Below are positions 1 to 9,920 of a stretch of DNA of 64,000 nt, in pieces. The notes under the pieces are model-generated. The model did not search any database and had not been told where the DNA came from. It worked only from the letters and a program-made list of their open reading frames with translations. This DNA comes from Candidatus Marinacidobacterales bacterium. Lineage in GTDB: Bacteria; Acidobacteriota; Vicinamibacteria; Marinacidobacterales; SMYC01. The DNA is taken from contig OZ250169.1 of assembly GCA_965237955.1 (NCBI GenBank), positions 4,768,001 to 4,832,000 on the forward strand, written 5' to 3'. The position numbers and the translations under genes were made by a program. Numbering within the stretch: position 1 is the stretch's first letter; every line of letters begins with the position of its first letter.

Positions 1-159
1 CTGGGTGTATAGGGCGACGGCTTGATCGTAGCGGCCCAGTTTCTCTGCGGTCTCGGCGTCTTTCAGGTAGCTCGAGCCGGCGCACCCGATGAGAGCTACA
101 AGACCCAGGGTCACGACGAGAGTGAGGGATCTCCTCTTCAGCTTGTTGAGACTGCTCAT
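1..159 (-). CDS. Lipoprotein with TPR-like N-terminus, partial (continues beyond window edge); possibly secretin-like
   Basis: ATG at 159 reads MSSLNKLKRRSLTLVVTLGLVALIGCAGSSYLKDAETAEKLGRYDQAVALYTQ; lipobox LIGC; open to the window edge. Confidence 0.6.
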   Translation of the reverse strand, partial: MSSLNKLKRRSLTLVVTLGLVALIGCAGSSYLKDAETAEKLGRYDQAVALYTQ

Positions 160-178
160 TTTGATCCTCTTTGATGAA

Positions 179-847
179 TTAGCGAGCGTCTCGTGGCTCG
201 TCCGAGTGGACCACGACTTCGACGCCGGACGGGATGGTGAATTGAAAAAGAGACTCAGGAAGATCGATATCTTTCCGAATGTTTTCGAAGATGAACTCGG
301 TGCGGTTGCGTTGAGCGTCGATGAGGACGACTCGTAACAGCTCACCGGTCTCTGGGTCGACTTCCATCTCCACGTCCTCGAACTCTTCGTGCCGTCTAAT
401 AGGTATGAGGTGCAGCACCTTGCCCCCGCGTGTCGGCGGCGCATCCGAGGCAAAAAACGCGAAGCTGTCGGTCATACGGCTCCGCCCGGTGAGAAGCTCG
501 AACGGGGAGCCTTCCCCCATTCCCATCGCCCCTTGCGGGTGATGGCTGACCATGACCTGGTTTTCGATGGGGATGTAGAAGTAGCTCCGGCTTCCGTCGG
601 TCACGAAGAGCTTTTCCTCCGGGGATTGGTACTCCCACCGCATGCGCCCCGGTTTTTTGACGAAGACGCGACCGCTCTCCTCGACGGCCCTTCTCAAGAT
701 CTTGCGCTGGTAGCGCTGGGTGAACTCGGCCTCGAAGCCGTCCAGGGCGTCGTAGTGGGCTTCTAGGCGTTCTACTAGGACTTTGATATCAATCTCTGGG
801 GGCTCGGTGGTGGGTATTGCTAGTAGGGCTACCAGAATGCCGAGCAT
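179..847 (-). CDS. lolA: Outer-membrane lipoprotein carrier protein LolA
   Basis: FEAEFTQ...GRVFVKKPGRMRWEYQSPEEKLFVTDG and C-terminal FQFTIPSGVEVV; ATG at 847 chosen over the track start at 862. Confidence 0.9.
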   Translation of the reverse strand: MLGILVALLAIPTTEPPEIDIKVLVERLEAHYDALDGFEAEFTQRYQRKILRRAVEESGRVFVKKPGRMRWEYQSPEEKLFVTDGSRSYFYIPIENQVMVSHHPQGAMGMGEGSPFELLTGRSRMTDSFAFFASDAPPTRGGKVLHLIPIRRHEEFEDVEMEVDPETGELLRVVLIDAQRNRTEFIFENIRKDIDLPESLFQFTIPSGVEVVVHSDEPRDAR

Positions 848-979
848 AGGCCTATTGTACACACGGTTGGGGGTGTCAAGGGTTAAAGTGGGTTGTGAGG
901 GGGGGTGTCGAGTCGCGTTGTGGGTTGGGAGTTGCTGGTCCGCCTTCGTCGGTGCGATTGGTGAAGGCTACGGCGGGCA

Positions 980-1004
980 TTTTTCGCGGCGAAGCCGCGA
1001 AAAA
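980..1004. terminator. Perfect hairpin flanked by T/A tracts directly downstream of tRNA-Ala
   Basis: TTTTTCGCGGC-GAA-GCCGCGAAAAA. Confidence 0.75.
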
Positions 1005-1080
1005 TGGTGGACGGCATGGGGATCGAACCCACGACCTCGGCATTGCGAACGCCGCGCTCTCCCAACTGAGCTAGCCGCCC
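1005..1080 (-). tRNA. tRNA-Ala (anticodon CGC)
   Basis: Reverse complement GGGCGGCTAGCTCAGTTGGGAGAGCGCGGCGTTCGCAATGCCGAGGTCGTGGGTTCGATCCCCATGCCGTCCACCA: 76 nt, G3-U70 pair, TTCGA T-loop, encoded CCA. Confidence 0.97.
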
Positions 1081-1175
1081 ACGTGTTGGAGCCAGTAAAA
1101 CCCATCATGCTAACAAGAGCGGTTGCTCCAGGCAAGAGACGGTGAGCTGGGGCGCGAAAAGAGAGAGCTGCCGGC

Positions 1176-1697
1176 TCACGGTTTCATCACGAGTGTCGAG
1201 CACACCGTGATGGGTTTGCCGTCGAGTGTTTGCGGCTCGTATCTCCATTGTCGAACCGCGTCGAGAATCGCTTGTTCGGCCTCGGGCCAACGCGGCTCGG
1301 ATGCGTGCACGATCGTGGCCTCGAGCACCGCGCCAAAGGGGCCGATCAGTATCTCTGCGTGGATCTCGGAGGATGCTTCTGGCCTGTCGCCGGGAATCAT
1401 GACGTCGGTGTGCGACGTCTTGACCGGCATCGGTAACCCCCCGACTCCGGCGAGGTGCGGGTTGGGCACATCGTCTTTCTGCCACGCGCTCGACCACGAG
1501 CATGGGCCGAGGGGCGCCGGCGCCACCCTGCGCTCAGCCGGGAGGGTCTGGACCTCCTCACCATCGATCGAAGCCGTCTCCAAAAGCTCTTCACCGGGAG
1601 CGGGTTTTTCAACGGGAACCGGCGTTTTTCGTCCGTCGCTCGCCGGGCGACAGTTCGCGAGGGAAATCGCGATGAGAAAGGAAGCGAAGCGCACCAT
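1176..1697 (-). CDS. TonB C-terminal-domain protein, probable lipoprotein
   Basis: Lipobox-like LANC; C-terminal AILDAVRQWRYEPQTLDGKPI is typical of TonB_C. Confidence 0.75.
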   Translation of the reverse strand: MVRFASFLIAISLANCRPASDGRKTPVPVEKPAPGEELLETASIDGEEVQTLPAERRVAPAPLGPCSWSSAWQKDDVPNPHLAGVGGLPMPVKTSHTDVMIPGDRPEASSEIHAEILIGPFGAVLEATIVHASEPRWPEAEQAILDAVRQWRYEPQTLDGKPITVCSTLVMKP

Positions 1698-1874
1698 GTT
1701 CCGTGTTCACTGTAGCGTCGAGCGACATTGTAGTCTCGCAAGCGGACACGGGCAAAGCCGGCGGGTTCGATGTGGAAGTGTTGATCTCGACTGTTTGAGC
1801 TCCTGGCTGTCGTTGCCGTTGTCGCGTGCTTCGTCCCGGCGCGACGGGCGATTCGCATCCAGGCCGTCGACGCG

Positions 1875-3068
1875 CTACGACACGAGTAGTTTCATCGCGA
1901 CGTCGAGCCCGTCGGCAACACCGTCCGTGTTTGGCCCGCCGCCTTGGGCGATCTCCGGTGAGCCGCCGCCGCGTCCGTCTACGGCTTCGACCGCATCGCG
2001 GAGGAGCGCGCCCATGTCGGCATCGGTGTTGTCAGAGCGGGCGAAAACCAAGTGTGCGCGCCCGTCGGCAACCGAACCGAGGAGAATGATGCGACCGGGT
2101 TTCGCGACGAGCTTTTGTGCTAGAGCGCGAAGCTCGCCGGGGCCAAGCTCGGCGGCTTCCTTGACGAGAACCGAGCGACCGCCAACGTCCGTTGCTTCGT
2201 CCATCCACGATTCGGCGTCGGTGAGCAACACTTGGTTCTTGAGCCGGCGAAGCTCTTTCCCCATCGACTTGCGATCGTGCTGGAGCTTCGTTGCGGTGTC
2301 GACGAGCGCGGCCTCGGAGCTACTCAGAACGCTGGCGAGTGATCGGATTCTCGCTACCGTGTCCCGGTAATCGACAAGAGCACGCTCGCCACAGAGAAAC
2401 TCGACGCGCGTTCCGTCCTTGAACTTCTCGAAGCTCCGGACGACGATCGGAGAGACTTCACCGCTCGAGTGTGGGTGGGTGCCGCAGCACGCTTGGCAGT
2501 CGAAGCCTTGCACTTCGACGATGCGCAAGTTCTCGCCTTCGGGAGGTGGCTTCCTGAGCTTGAGCTCGCGCGCCTCGTCGCAGGTCACGAAACTGCTGCG
2601 AATGGGAACGCCGCGCCGGGCTACCGCGTTCGCCGCCCGCTCGGCACGCTCGATATCGTCTCGGCTCAGAGGTGATTTATCCAGGTCGATGGTCGAAACC
2701 TTCGCGCCCAGGTGGAACGACATCGTCTCGGCGTCCGCTTCGTGAACGAACGCGGCGGACAGAATGTGCTGGCCCGAATGTTGTTGCATGTGATCGTGGC
2801 GGCGCGCGGCGTCGATCTCGCAGTGAACGCGCGACCTCTCGGGTAGTCGCTCGACGAAGTGGAGTACGGCGTCGTCCTCGGTCTCGACGATTCTCGTGAT
2901 CGGCACACCGTCGATGGTCCCGAGGTCGAAGGGCTGGCCGCCGGACTCGGGATAGAAGTAGGTTTCCTCGAAGATCACGGCAGGTCCTTCGTCAGTCTCA
3001 CGCGTCTCGATGATGTCGGCATCGAACGACGTGACGTAAGGGTCGTGCAAATAGAGTCGTTTCGTCAT
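1875..3068 (-). CDS. Alanyl-tRNA editing protein (AlaX-L type, with DHHA1 domain)
   Basis: TYFYPESGGQPFD, RHDHMQQHSGQH and CCGTH zinc motifs; C-terminal GRGGGSPEIAQGG. Confidence 0.92.
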   Translation of the reverse strand: MTKRLYLHDPYVTSFDADIIETRETDEGPAVIFEETYFYPESGGQPFDLGTIDGVPITRIVETEDDAVLHFVERLPERSRVHCEIDAARRHDHMQQHSGQHILSAAFVHEADAETMSFHLGAKVSTIDLDKSPLSRDDIERAERAANAVARRGVPIRSSFVTCDEARELKLRKPPPEGENLRIVEVQGFDCQACCGTHPHSSGEVSPIVVRSFEKFKDGTRVEFLCGERALVDYRDTVARIRSLASVLSSSEAALVDTATKLQHDRKSMGKELRRLKNQVLLTDAESWMDEATDVGGRSVLVKEAAELGPGELRALAQKLVAKPGRIILLGSVADGRAHLVFARSDNTDADMGALLRDAVEAVDGRGGGSPEIAQGGGPNTDGVADGLDVAMKLLVS

Positions 3069-3128
3069 GCAAGGTACTCTACCGGTGATTCTTGGTTGCG
3101 GCTTCGCTGCGTGGTGTTTTCGTCTCTT

Positions 3129-3686
3129 CTACACGGTCATGAGCTCTTGCTCTTTGTTCTTCACGATCTCGTCCACTTTCTTGACGTGAGCGTCGGTCAC
3201 ATCTTGCACGTCCTTCAGCGCCCGCTTTTCGTCGTCTTCGGAGATCTCTTTGTCCTTGAGCATCTTCTTCAGCCGATCGTTCACATCGCGGCGCACTTGC
3301 CGGACGGCGGTTCGTCCCTCTTCCGCCATTTTGCCCACGTGTTTCACCAGCATCTTGCGGCGCTCTTCCGTGAGAGGCGGAATCGGGATGCGGAGAATCT
3401 TGCCATCGTTCGCCGGGTTCAGATCGAGATCGGAAGACAGGATCGCCTTTTCGACGACCTCGAGCATGGGAGGCTCCCACGGCTGGACGGTAATGAGGTT
3501 GGCCTCGGGCACGGCAAGGGTGGCGACCTGATTGAGCGGCGTCGGCGTGCCGTAGTAGTCCACTTTGACCCCGTCGAGAATCGAGAGCGAGGCGCGACCG
3601 GTGCGAACCGACGCAAGCTCTTGGCGCAGGTGCTCGAGGGATTTGTCCATACGCCGCTTGGCGTCATCCATGAGCTCTTTGACCAT
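3129..3686 (-). CDS. frr: Ribosome recycling factor
   Basis: RTGRAS, VDYYGTPTPLNQVA, IPPLTEERRK. Confidence 0.98.
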   Translation of the reverse strand: MVKELMDDAKRRMDKSLEHLRQELASVRTGRASLSILDGVKVDYYGTPTPLNQVATLAVPEANLITVQPWEPPMLEVVEKAILSSDLDLNPANDGKILRIPIPPLTEERRKMLVKHVGKMAEEGRTAVRQVRRDVNDRLKKMLKDKEISEDDEKRALKDVQDVTDAHVKKVDEIVKNKEQELMTV

Positions 3687-3703
3687 CGGAAATCTCCTTC
3701 ACT

Positions 3704-4420
3704 TCACTCGACCCGGGTGCCGATCTTGTCACCGCTCACGACGCGCTTCATGTTCCCCGGCTTGTTGACGTCGAACACGATGATCGGAAGCGAGTTGTCC
3801 AGACACAGTGAGATTGCGGTGGTGTCCATGACCTTGAGGCCTCTTTCGAGCACTTCCATGTAAGTGATGTGCTCGATGAACTCGGCGGACGGATCTTTCT
3901 CCGGGTCGGCGGAGTAGATGCCCGACACCCGGGTCCCCTTGAGGATGATTTCCGCTTTGATCTCCATCGCCCGGAGTGCGGCCGCGGTGTCGGTCGAGAA
4001 GTAGGGGTTCCCGGTGCCGGCGGCGAAGATCACCAGCCGGCCCTTCTCCAGGTGGCGCATCGCGCGGCGCCGGATGAAGGGCTCCGCGATCTCCCGCATC
4101 TCGATGGCCGACATGACCCGGGTGCGCGTCCCGAGCTTTTCGAGAGCATCCTGAAGCGCGACCGCGTTGATCACCGTCGCGAGCATCCCCATATGGTCGG
4201 CAGCGACGCGGTCCATGCCGCGAGCGGACGGCGCTACGCCGCGGAAGATGTTGCCGCCACCGATGACCACGGCGGTCTCGGTACCGAGCGCGTGGACCTG
4301 ATGGAGCTCTTCCGCCATGGCCAACGCGACGTCCGGATCGATGCCGAAGGACTTTGCGCCCATGAGAACTTCCCCGGAAAGCTTTACCAGAACGCGCTTG
4401 AAAGCAGGCCTATCCTTCAT
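3704..4420 (-). CDS. pyrH: UMP kinase
   Basis: [26 protein letters not shown]. Confidence 0.98.
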   Translation of the reverse strand: MKDRPAFKRVLVKLSGEVLMGAKSFGIDPDVALAMAEELHQVHALGTETAVVIGGGNIFRGVAPSARGMDRVAADHMGMLATVINAVALQDALEKLGTRTRVMSAIEMREIAEPFIRRRAMRHLEKGRLVIFAAGTGNPYFSTDTAAALRAMEIKAEIILKGTRVSGIYSADPEKDPSAEFIEHITYMEVLERGLKVMDTTAISLCLDNSLPIIVFDVNKPGNMKRVVSGDKIGTRVE

Positions 4421-4469
4421 GCGGCCAGGAGAGTACTAGCAGGGCGCGGAGAAAAGCAACCTCGGAAAA

Positions 4470-5081
4470 CTACATCGCTTCGCCGCGCTCGTAGCGGACG
4501 AAGCGCCGGACCTGGATGTTCTCTTTGATGATCGCGATCTTGGACTTCAAGTACTCGTCGACCGTCTGATCGGGATTCTTGATGAACGGTTGATCCATGA
4601 GCACGTTCTCGGAGAAGAACTTCGCGAGCCTGCCTTCGACGATCTTCTCGACCACGTTGGCCGGCTTGCCGGCGGCCTCGGCCTGACTCTTGAGGATGTC
4701 ACGCTCCTTGTCGAGCGCGTCGTCGGGAACCTCGTCTCGGCGGACCCAGCGCGCAGAGGCTGGGGACGCGGCCGCCACTTGCATCGCGATGTCCCGGACG
4801 AGCTCCTTGAACTCGTCGGTGTTGGCGACGAAGTCGGTCTCGCAGTTCACTTCGATGAGGACGCCGACGCGGCCTCCGGTGTGAATGTAAGACCCGATCG
4901 CGCCCTCGCTCGTCGAGCGCCCGGCTTTTTTTTCCGCCGCCGCTTGCCCTTTCTTGCGGAGGATGATGACCGCTTCTTCTAGATTGCCGTCGGCCTCCTG
5001 GAGCGCTTTCTTGCACTCCATCAGCCCCGAGCCGGTCTTCTCCCGGAGCTCTTTGACTTGCTGCGCGGATATCGTGCCCAT
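4470..5081 (-). CDS. tsf: Elongation factor Ts (short form)
   Basis: VKELREKTGSGLMECKKAL, EVNCETDFVA; ATG at 5081. Confidence 0.97.
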   Translation of the reverse strand: MGTISAQQVKELREKTGSGLMECKKALQEADGNLEEAVIILRKKGQAAAEKKAGRSTSEGAIGSYIHTGGRVGVLIEVNCETDFVANTDEFKELVRDIAMQVAAASPASARWVRRDEVPDDALDKERDILKSQAEAAGKPANVVEKIVEGRLAKFFSENVLMDQPFIKNPDQTVDEYLKSKIAIIKENIQVRRFVRYERGEAM

Positions 5082-5201
5082 GATTCTGCCTCTTTCAGAA
5101 ATAGAAGAGCGCCCGCGGGACGAGCCCTCCGCCTTCGCCAAGGCTACGGCGGACAAGCCCCTCAAGAGCGCAAATCGATAAAAAAGCGAGTCAGTGCCGG
5201 C

Positions 5202-6083
5202 CTAGGCGGGATGAGGTGTGGCTGGTGCCGTCTCTTCTTGAGCAGGCTGAGCCGGGTCGTCGCCCGGTTTCTGAGGCTCGGCGCTCTCGACCTTAGCGTC
5301 GTCTCCTGCAGGTCCTGCGGACTGGTTCTTGTCCGTTTTGTCCGTCGTCGGGCCAGGTTCGTCATCCGGCGTCGCGGCGGCTTCCGGCGTCACCGCCTTG
5401 GACATGTCCCGGCCCGCAATCACCGCGTCCGCGATGCGGGAGGTGAAGAGCTTGATCGCTCGGAGCGCGTCGTCGTTGCCGGGAATCACGTAGTCGACCA
5501 CGTCGGGGTCGCAGTTCGTATCCACGATGCCGATGATGGGAATGCCGAGCTTGCGGGCCTCGTGCACCGCGATTTCTTCCCGATTGGCGTCGACGACGAA
5601 GACGGCGTGCGGAAGCCCGCCCATGTCCAGGATCCCTCGCAAGTTCTTGTCGAGCCGCTTGCGCTCTTTGTCGAGCCGCGAGAGCTCCTTCTTGGACAGC
5701 TCCTCGAAACGTCCTTCCTCCATCATCGCCGTGAGCTCGCGCAACCGCGCGATGCTCTTTTCGATCGTCACGAAGTTCGTCAGCAGACCGCCAAGCCATC
5801 GCTGGTTGACGTAGAACATGCCGGCGCGTTGAGCCTCCTCGGCAACAACCTCCTGGGCCTGTCGCTTCGTTCCGATGAAGAGGATCTTCTTGCCCTCTAC
5901 CCCGAGCTGGGTGGCGAACTTGAGAGCCTCCTTGAATAGCCTCAGCGTCTTCTGAAGGTCGACGATATAGATACCGTTGCGTTCGCCGAAGATGTACTCG
6001 CGCATCTTCGGGTTCCAGCGCTTCGTCTGGTGCCCGAAGTGCACGCCCGCTTCGAGCAGTTCTTTCATCGTAATCGAAGACAA
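5202..6083 (-). CDS. rpsB: 30S ribosomal protein S2 with low-complexity C-terminal tail
   Basis: [22 protein letters not shown]; TTG start at 6083 after GGAGGA. Confidence 0.98.
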   Translation of the reverse strand: MSSITMKELLEAGVHFGHQTKRWNPKMREYIFGERNGIYIVDLQKTLRLFKEALKFATQLGVEGKKILFIGTKRQAQEVVAEEAQRAGMFYVNQRWLGGLLTNFVTIEKSIARLRELTAMMEEGRFEELSKKELSRLDKERKRLDKNLRGILDMGGLPHAVFVVDANREEIAVHEARKLGIPIIGIVDTNCDPDVVDYVIPGNDDALRAIKLFTSRIADAVIAGRDMSKAVTPEAAATPDDEPGPTTDKTDKNQSAGPAGDDAKVESAEPQKPGDDPAQPAQEETAPATPHPA

Positions 6084-6093
6084 AAAATCCTCC

Positions 6094-6495
6094 TCACCGC
6101 TTGGAGTACTGGAATCGCTTGCGGGCGCCAGGCTGGCCGTACTTCTTGCGCTCTTTGATGCGTGCATCACGCGTCAAGAAACCACCCTTTTTGAGTCTGC
6201 CTCGAAGCTCTTGGTTGAAATCACAGAGGGCGCGGCTGATGCCGAGTCGCAAGGCCCAGGCCTGCCCCGTCGAGCCGCCGCCCGCAATGTGTGCATAGAT
6301 ATCGAATTTTTCCGAGGACTCGGTCAAAGCGAGCGGCTGCTTGAGAATCATCTTCAGGGCGTCGCTCGGAAAGTAGTCTTCTATGGTGCGCTTGTTGATG
6401 GTGATCTGCCCGCTTCCGGGCCTGAGATACACACGCGCGATCGACGACTTGCGCTTACCGGTGCCGTAGTACTGAATCTTGTTGGAAGTTGCCAA
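6094..6495 (-). CDS. rpsI: 30S ribosomal protein S9
   Basis: [13 protein letters not shown]; [19 protein letters not shown]; TTG start. Confidence 0.98.
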   Translation of the reverse strand: MATSNKIQYYGTGKRKSSIARVYLRPGSGQITINKRTIEDYFPSDALKMILKQPLALTESSEKFDIYAHIAGGGSTGQAWALRLGISRALCDFNQELRGRLKKGGFLTRDARIKERKKYGQPGARKRFQYSKR

Positions 6496-6590
6496 AGTCC
6501 TTCGAGCTCCTTCTAGTTAGCGGAGAAAGCCGTCATCGCTGGGCCGCGGTTCGAGCCGGGCACGCGACGATCGGGAAGGCATAAACAAGC

Positions 6591-7037
6591 TTAGCGGGGT
6601 ACGCGAGTTTTTAACTCGAGCGGGGCGGGCTTTTGGGCCTCATGGGGATGCTCGGATCCCTTGTAGACCTTCAGCTTTTTGAATTGTGCTCGTCCGAGAC
6701 GATTTTTCGGCAGCATGCCACGGACGGCGGCTTCGATGAGGCGCTCGGGGTGCGTGGCCCGGAGCTTTTCTGGACGAGTCTCACGAATACCGCCCGGATA
6801 GCCCGTGTGACGGAAATACGCCTTGTCCTGCTCTTTGTTGCCCGTCAGGATGATTTTCTCGGCGTTGATGACGATGATGTGATCGCCGGTGTCGAGAAAC
6901 GGTGCGTATTCAGGCTTGTCTTTGCCCGTCAAAACACGGGCTATGCGGCTTGCGAGGCGACCTAGCACTTGACCTTCCGCATTGACGACATGCCACGCGC
7001 GGTGGACATCAACTTTCTTGATGAACGTGGTCGCCAA
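6591..7037 (-). CDS. rplM: 50S ribosomal protein L13
   Basis: [36 protein letters not shown]; TTG start at 7037 after GGAGG. Confidence 0.98.
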   Translation of the reverse strand: MATTFIKKVDVHRAWHVVNAEGQVLGRLASRIARVLTGKDKPEYAPFLDTGDHIIVINAEKIILTGNKEQDKAYFRHTGYPGGIRETRPEKLRATHPERLIEAAVRGMLPKNRLGRAQFKKLKVYKGSEHPHEAQKPAPLELKTRVPR

Positions 7038-7092
7038 AGGGCCTCCTGTGATCAGAAAAAAATAATGGGCGACGCAAATCGCCCAAACGTAT

Positions 7093-7121
7093 AATTTAAG
7101 TATCGTTACGAGAATTGTCAA
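7093..7121 (-). promoter_or_regulatory. Sigma70-type promoter of the rplM operon
   Basis: TTGACA-N17-TAAATT on the minus strand. Confidence 0.7.
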
Positions 7122-7397
7122 GGGAAAAAACCGGCTCCGCCCGCGCCAGTGACCGACGGATGCTGCGAACGCATCTAACAGAGAATAGGCAGAATATAGG
7201 CAAACCGAGGCGATGTTTCGCTTCCGCAGTCACGCATTATCAGTAGCTGTTCAAGTATTTCTTTAGGGCGGTCACGGCCTTTCGCCTGCCTCTGAGGGCG
7301 CTTTCTCCCCAAAAAACAAAAAAAGTGTCAACGCCGGCCGAAAACTGCGCATTCATGGCGGATGAAAATTGCACACCCGAGCCATGGGTGGCGAACC

Positions 7398-8225
7398 CTA
7401 TGACGCCGTCGCCTCCGTGTATTTCCTATGAGATTTAGCCGGCGGGTGAGGTTCGTCCGAACCCGCCGGATGGAGCGCTCGCCACAGTTCGGAGTGCTCT
7501 CTCATGCGGTAACTGTTTCCTCGGATGTTGACGAGGTGGCAGTGGTGCAGAATGCGGTCGATGAGAGCGGCGGCCATGACTTCGTCGCCAAGGATCTCGC
7601 CCCATTCCTCGAAACTTTTGTTAGAGGTGAGCACGGTCGAAGCGCGCTCGTATCGCCTACTTATGAGCTGGAAAAAAAGCACCGCGCCGGTCTGGGTGAC
7701 GGGTAGGTATCCGATTTCATCGACAACAAGCAGTGACGGATAACTGAGAACCGCGAGTCGACGAGTGAGGCGGCCCGCGTCACGAGCCTCTTCGAGGGAG
7801 GTGATGAGCTCAGCCAGGGTGCCGTAATAGACGCGCCGTCCATTCTGGGCAGCGGCGATGGCAAGATGAGTTTTGCCCACACCAGTAGGTCCCAATAAGA
7901 CGACGTTCTCCTTACGTTCAACGAACCCGAGCTCGTGAAGGTTCTCAATCTGCTCGCGTTTGATCGATGGCTGGAACGAAAAATCGAACTCATCGATTGT
8001 TTTGACCGCGGGGAGTCGTGAGGAGCGCATCGCCGCTTGGAGACGACGGTTGTTTCTCAACGTGATCTGCGCTCCAAGAAGGTTCTCGATGGCCTCCGCC
8101 GTTGTGACCGCACCGCCATCGGCATCAGATAGTACGCGGTCGACAGCTTCGAGCGCGCCAGGTATCTTTAGGTCGGCCAGCATCGTACGGATCTGCTCAC
8201 GTCGCGATATTGTGCTCGCTTTCAT
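7398..8225 (-). CDS. istB: IS21 helper ATPase IstB
   Basis: GPTGVGKTHLA Walker A, LLVVDEIGY Walker B, TSNK, AALIDRILHH. Confidence 0.95.
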   Translation of the reverse strand: MKASTISRREQIRTMLADLKIPGALEAVDRVLSDADGGAVTTAEAIENLLGAQITLRNNRRLQAAMRSSRLPAVKTIDEFDFSFQPSIKREQIENLHELGFVERKENVVLLGPTGVGKTHLAIAAAQNGRRVYYGTLAELITSLEEARDAGRLTRRLAVLSYPSLLVVDEIGYLPVTQTGAVLFFQLISRRYERASTVLTSNKSFEEWGEILGDEVMAAALIDRILHHCHLVNIRGNSYRMREHSELWRALHPAGSDEPHPPAKSHRKYTEATAS

Positions 8226-9277
8226 TGTCCACCTCCAACGAGCCGCGTGTAGACTTCGAGGGGACGATGCTCGACATCCATCGAAGGCAGTGTGGTTAAG
8301 CAGGCTTTTGGAGTTCTTCTCGCGGGTTGGTTTGGCAGTACAAGAGAGCGATATGGCCGCTCAACGAGCGGTCTCAGAGTGGCCCTTTCATCGCGCGCGA
8401 ATCGTTCTATCGGTCGTTCGTTGGTTGTGCGATGGAGTCGGACGTTGGCGACGTCACTCAGCCAACGCTCGAGCTGAGCATCGAGGTTGTCATCGTTGAT
8501 AAAGTGGCGACCGTAGAAGAAGCTTCCTCTCACATAGCGGATTGGCCTTTCCACTTTGCCCTTGGTCTTCGCCCGATACGGGCGACACGCTCTTGTTCGA
8601 AACTCCCAGTGGTGGGCGAAGCGGACGAACTCTGGGTTCTCAACGAGAGGGCCACCTTCCCGGCGGTGATCCTCGACGATGACCGAACGCATCTGGTCAA
8701 AAAGGAGCTCTTTGGGAACTCCTCCAAAAAATAGGAAGGCCTGCTCAAGCCCCGCGAACAACGTCCGCATGTCCTGTCGCTTGAAAAACCGAAGCCATAG
8801 CAGCCTCGAGTATCCGAGCACCACGAGAAGTGCCCACCGACGACCCCATGGCAAACGAAAGTGTGCAAAATCGACCTGAGCTTGGTGGCCTGGTGAGGTC
8901 TCGAAACGCACCAGCGGCTCCGCCGGTGGCTGTGGGCGAATCTGCCGCACGTACTCCTTGACCTGCGTGTAGCCGCCTTCATAGCCCGCGGCACGGATCT
9001 CATCATGCAGGCGTACTGAACTCAGCTCCGGGAACTCGTGCAGGCGCGAATGAAGGATCTCCCGGTACGGGTCGATCCTGCGCTCGATCCGCGGACGCTT
9101 CTTGTAGCGCACCGTTTCCTCGTCCAACTCTCGGTCCAGTTGACCCGTCTTTATCCAGTGGTGGACCGTTCGGCGGCTGATTCCTAGCTTGTCTGCTAGC
9201 GCCGCCTTCTTGATTCCCTGCTCCAAATACTCTCGTAGTAGCACTCGTTTCTCCCTTCCGTACATCGGCGCCTCCAC
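8222..9277 (-). CDS. istA: IS21 transposase IstA
   Basis: N-terminal HTH; RFETSPGHQAQVDF, LGYSR, RPYRAKTKGKVER. Confidence 0.95.
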   Translation of the reverse strand: MEAPMYGREKRVLLREYLEQGIKKAALADKLGISRRTVHHWIKTGQLDRELDEETVRYKKRPRIERRIDPYREILHSRLHEFPELSSVRLHDEIRAAGYEGGYTQVKEYVRQIRPQPPAEPLVRFETSPGHQAQVDFAHFRLPWGRRWALLVVLGYSRLLWLRFFKRQDMRTLFAGLEQAFLFFGGVPKELLFDQMRSVIVEDHRREGGPLVENPEFVRFAHHWEFRTRACRPYRAKTKGKVERPIRYVRGSFFYGRHFINDDNLDAQLERWLSDVANVRLHRTTNERPIERFARDERATLRPLVERPYRSLVLPNQPARRTPKACLTTLPSMDVEHRPLEVYTRLVGGGQ

Positions 9278-9551
9278 TCCGGAAACGCCATTCTGATTGA
9301 AGGCGCGCCGTCATGTCTGGCACTCCAGACACACGACAACGGCCTCCTTTTACGGATGGCCGAGTGTGCAATTTTCGTCCGCCATAAGTGTGCAATTTAC
9401 GCCCGCCGCTAACAAAAAGGTGCGATTTCGAAGTTTCACAATGGCCCAAGATGTGGTGGAGGCTTCACGGGTGGCCCCCTTTCTGTTGAGGTCTAGGCCG
9501 GATAATGGGGTCGAGGAGCCTCACAATGAGGGGAAAACCCACCAAAAAGGA

Positions 9552-9649
9552 TTGACGAAACTCGAACCATATCTCATAATAACTTGAAGAATCCAAAATA
9601 GTTGTGGCCGTTTTTTTGCTTGACATCCAGTTTCTTTATACCGTAGGCT
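9552..9649 (+). promoter_or_regulatory. Two candidate sigma70 promoters upstream of pilM
   Basis: TTGACG-N17-CATAAT (9552-9580) and TTGACA-N18-TAGGCT (9620-9649). Confidence 0.55.
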
Positions 9650-9717
9650 CATAAAGCACTTTAACATTTTCCAGGTAAGTATCGCTGACGACAAGTTGAG
9701 TTTGGGAGCTTGGACCC

Positions 9718-9920
9718 ATGGGTCTTTTCAGTAAGCACAAAAATCTCGTCGGGCTTGACATCGGATCGAGCTCGGTCAAGGCAGTCGAGATGAAGCCCGG
9801 AAAGGGCGAGACCTGGCAACTCACCACAATCGGGCTCGAGTATCTACCTCAAGAGGCCATCGTGGACGGCCAGATCATGGACTCCACCTCGGTCATCGAT
9901 GCCATCCAGCGACTGATATC
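9718..9920 (+). pseudogene. pilM: Type IV pilus assembly protein PilM, N-terminal about 67 codons only
   Basis: VGLDIGSSSVKAVEM...LPQEAIVDGQIMDSTSVIDAIQRL, after which similarity stops abruptly. Confidence 0.88.

Larger units (their letters stand above)
7326..9414 (-). mobile_element. IS21-family insertion sequence (2089 bp)
   Basis: TG...CA ends with repeated AAATTGCACA-like subterminal motifs; 5-bp direct repeat AAAAG at 7321-7325 and 9415-9419; carries istA and istB. Confidence 0.95.

Noticed and set aside
1005-1080. tRNA-Ala as an integration site of a genomic island
   Set aside because: No integrase and no duplicated tRNA 3' end were seen in the window; flanking genes are core.
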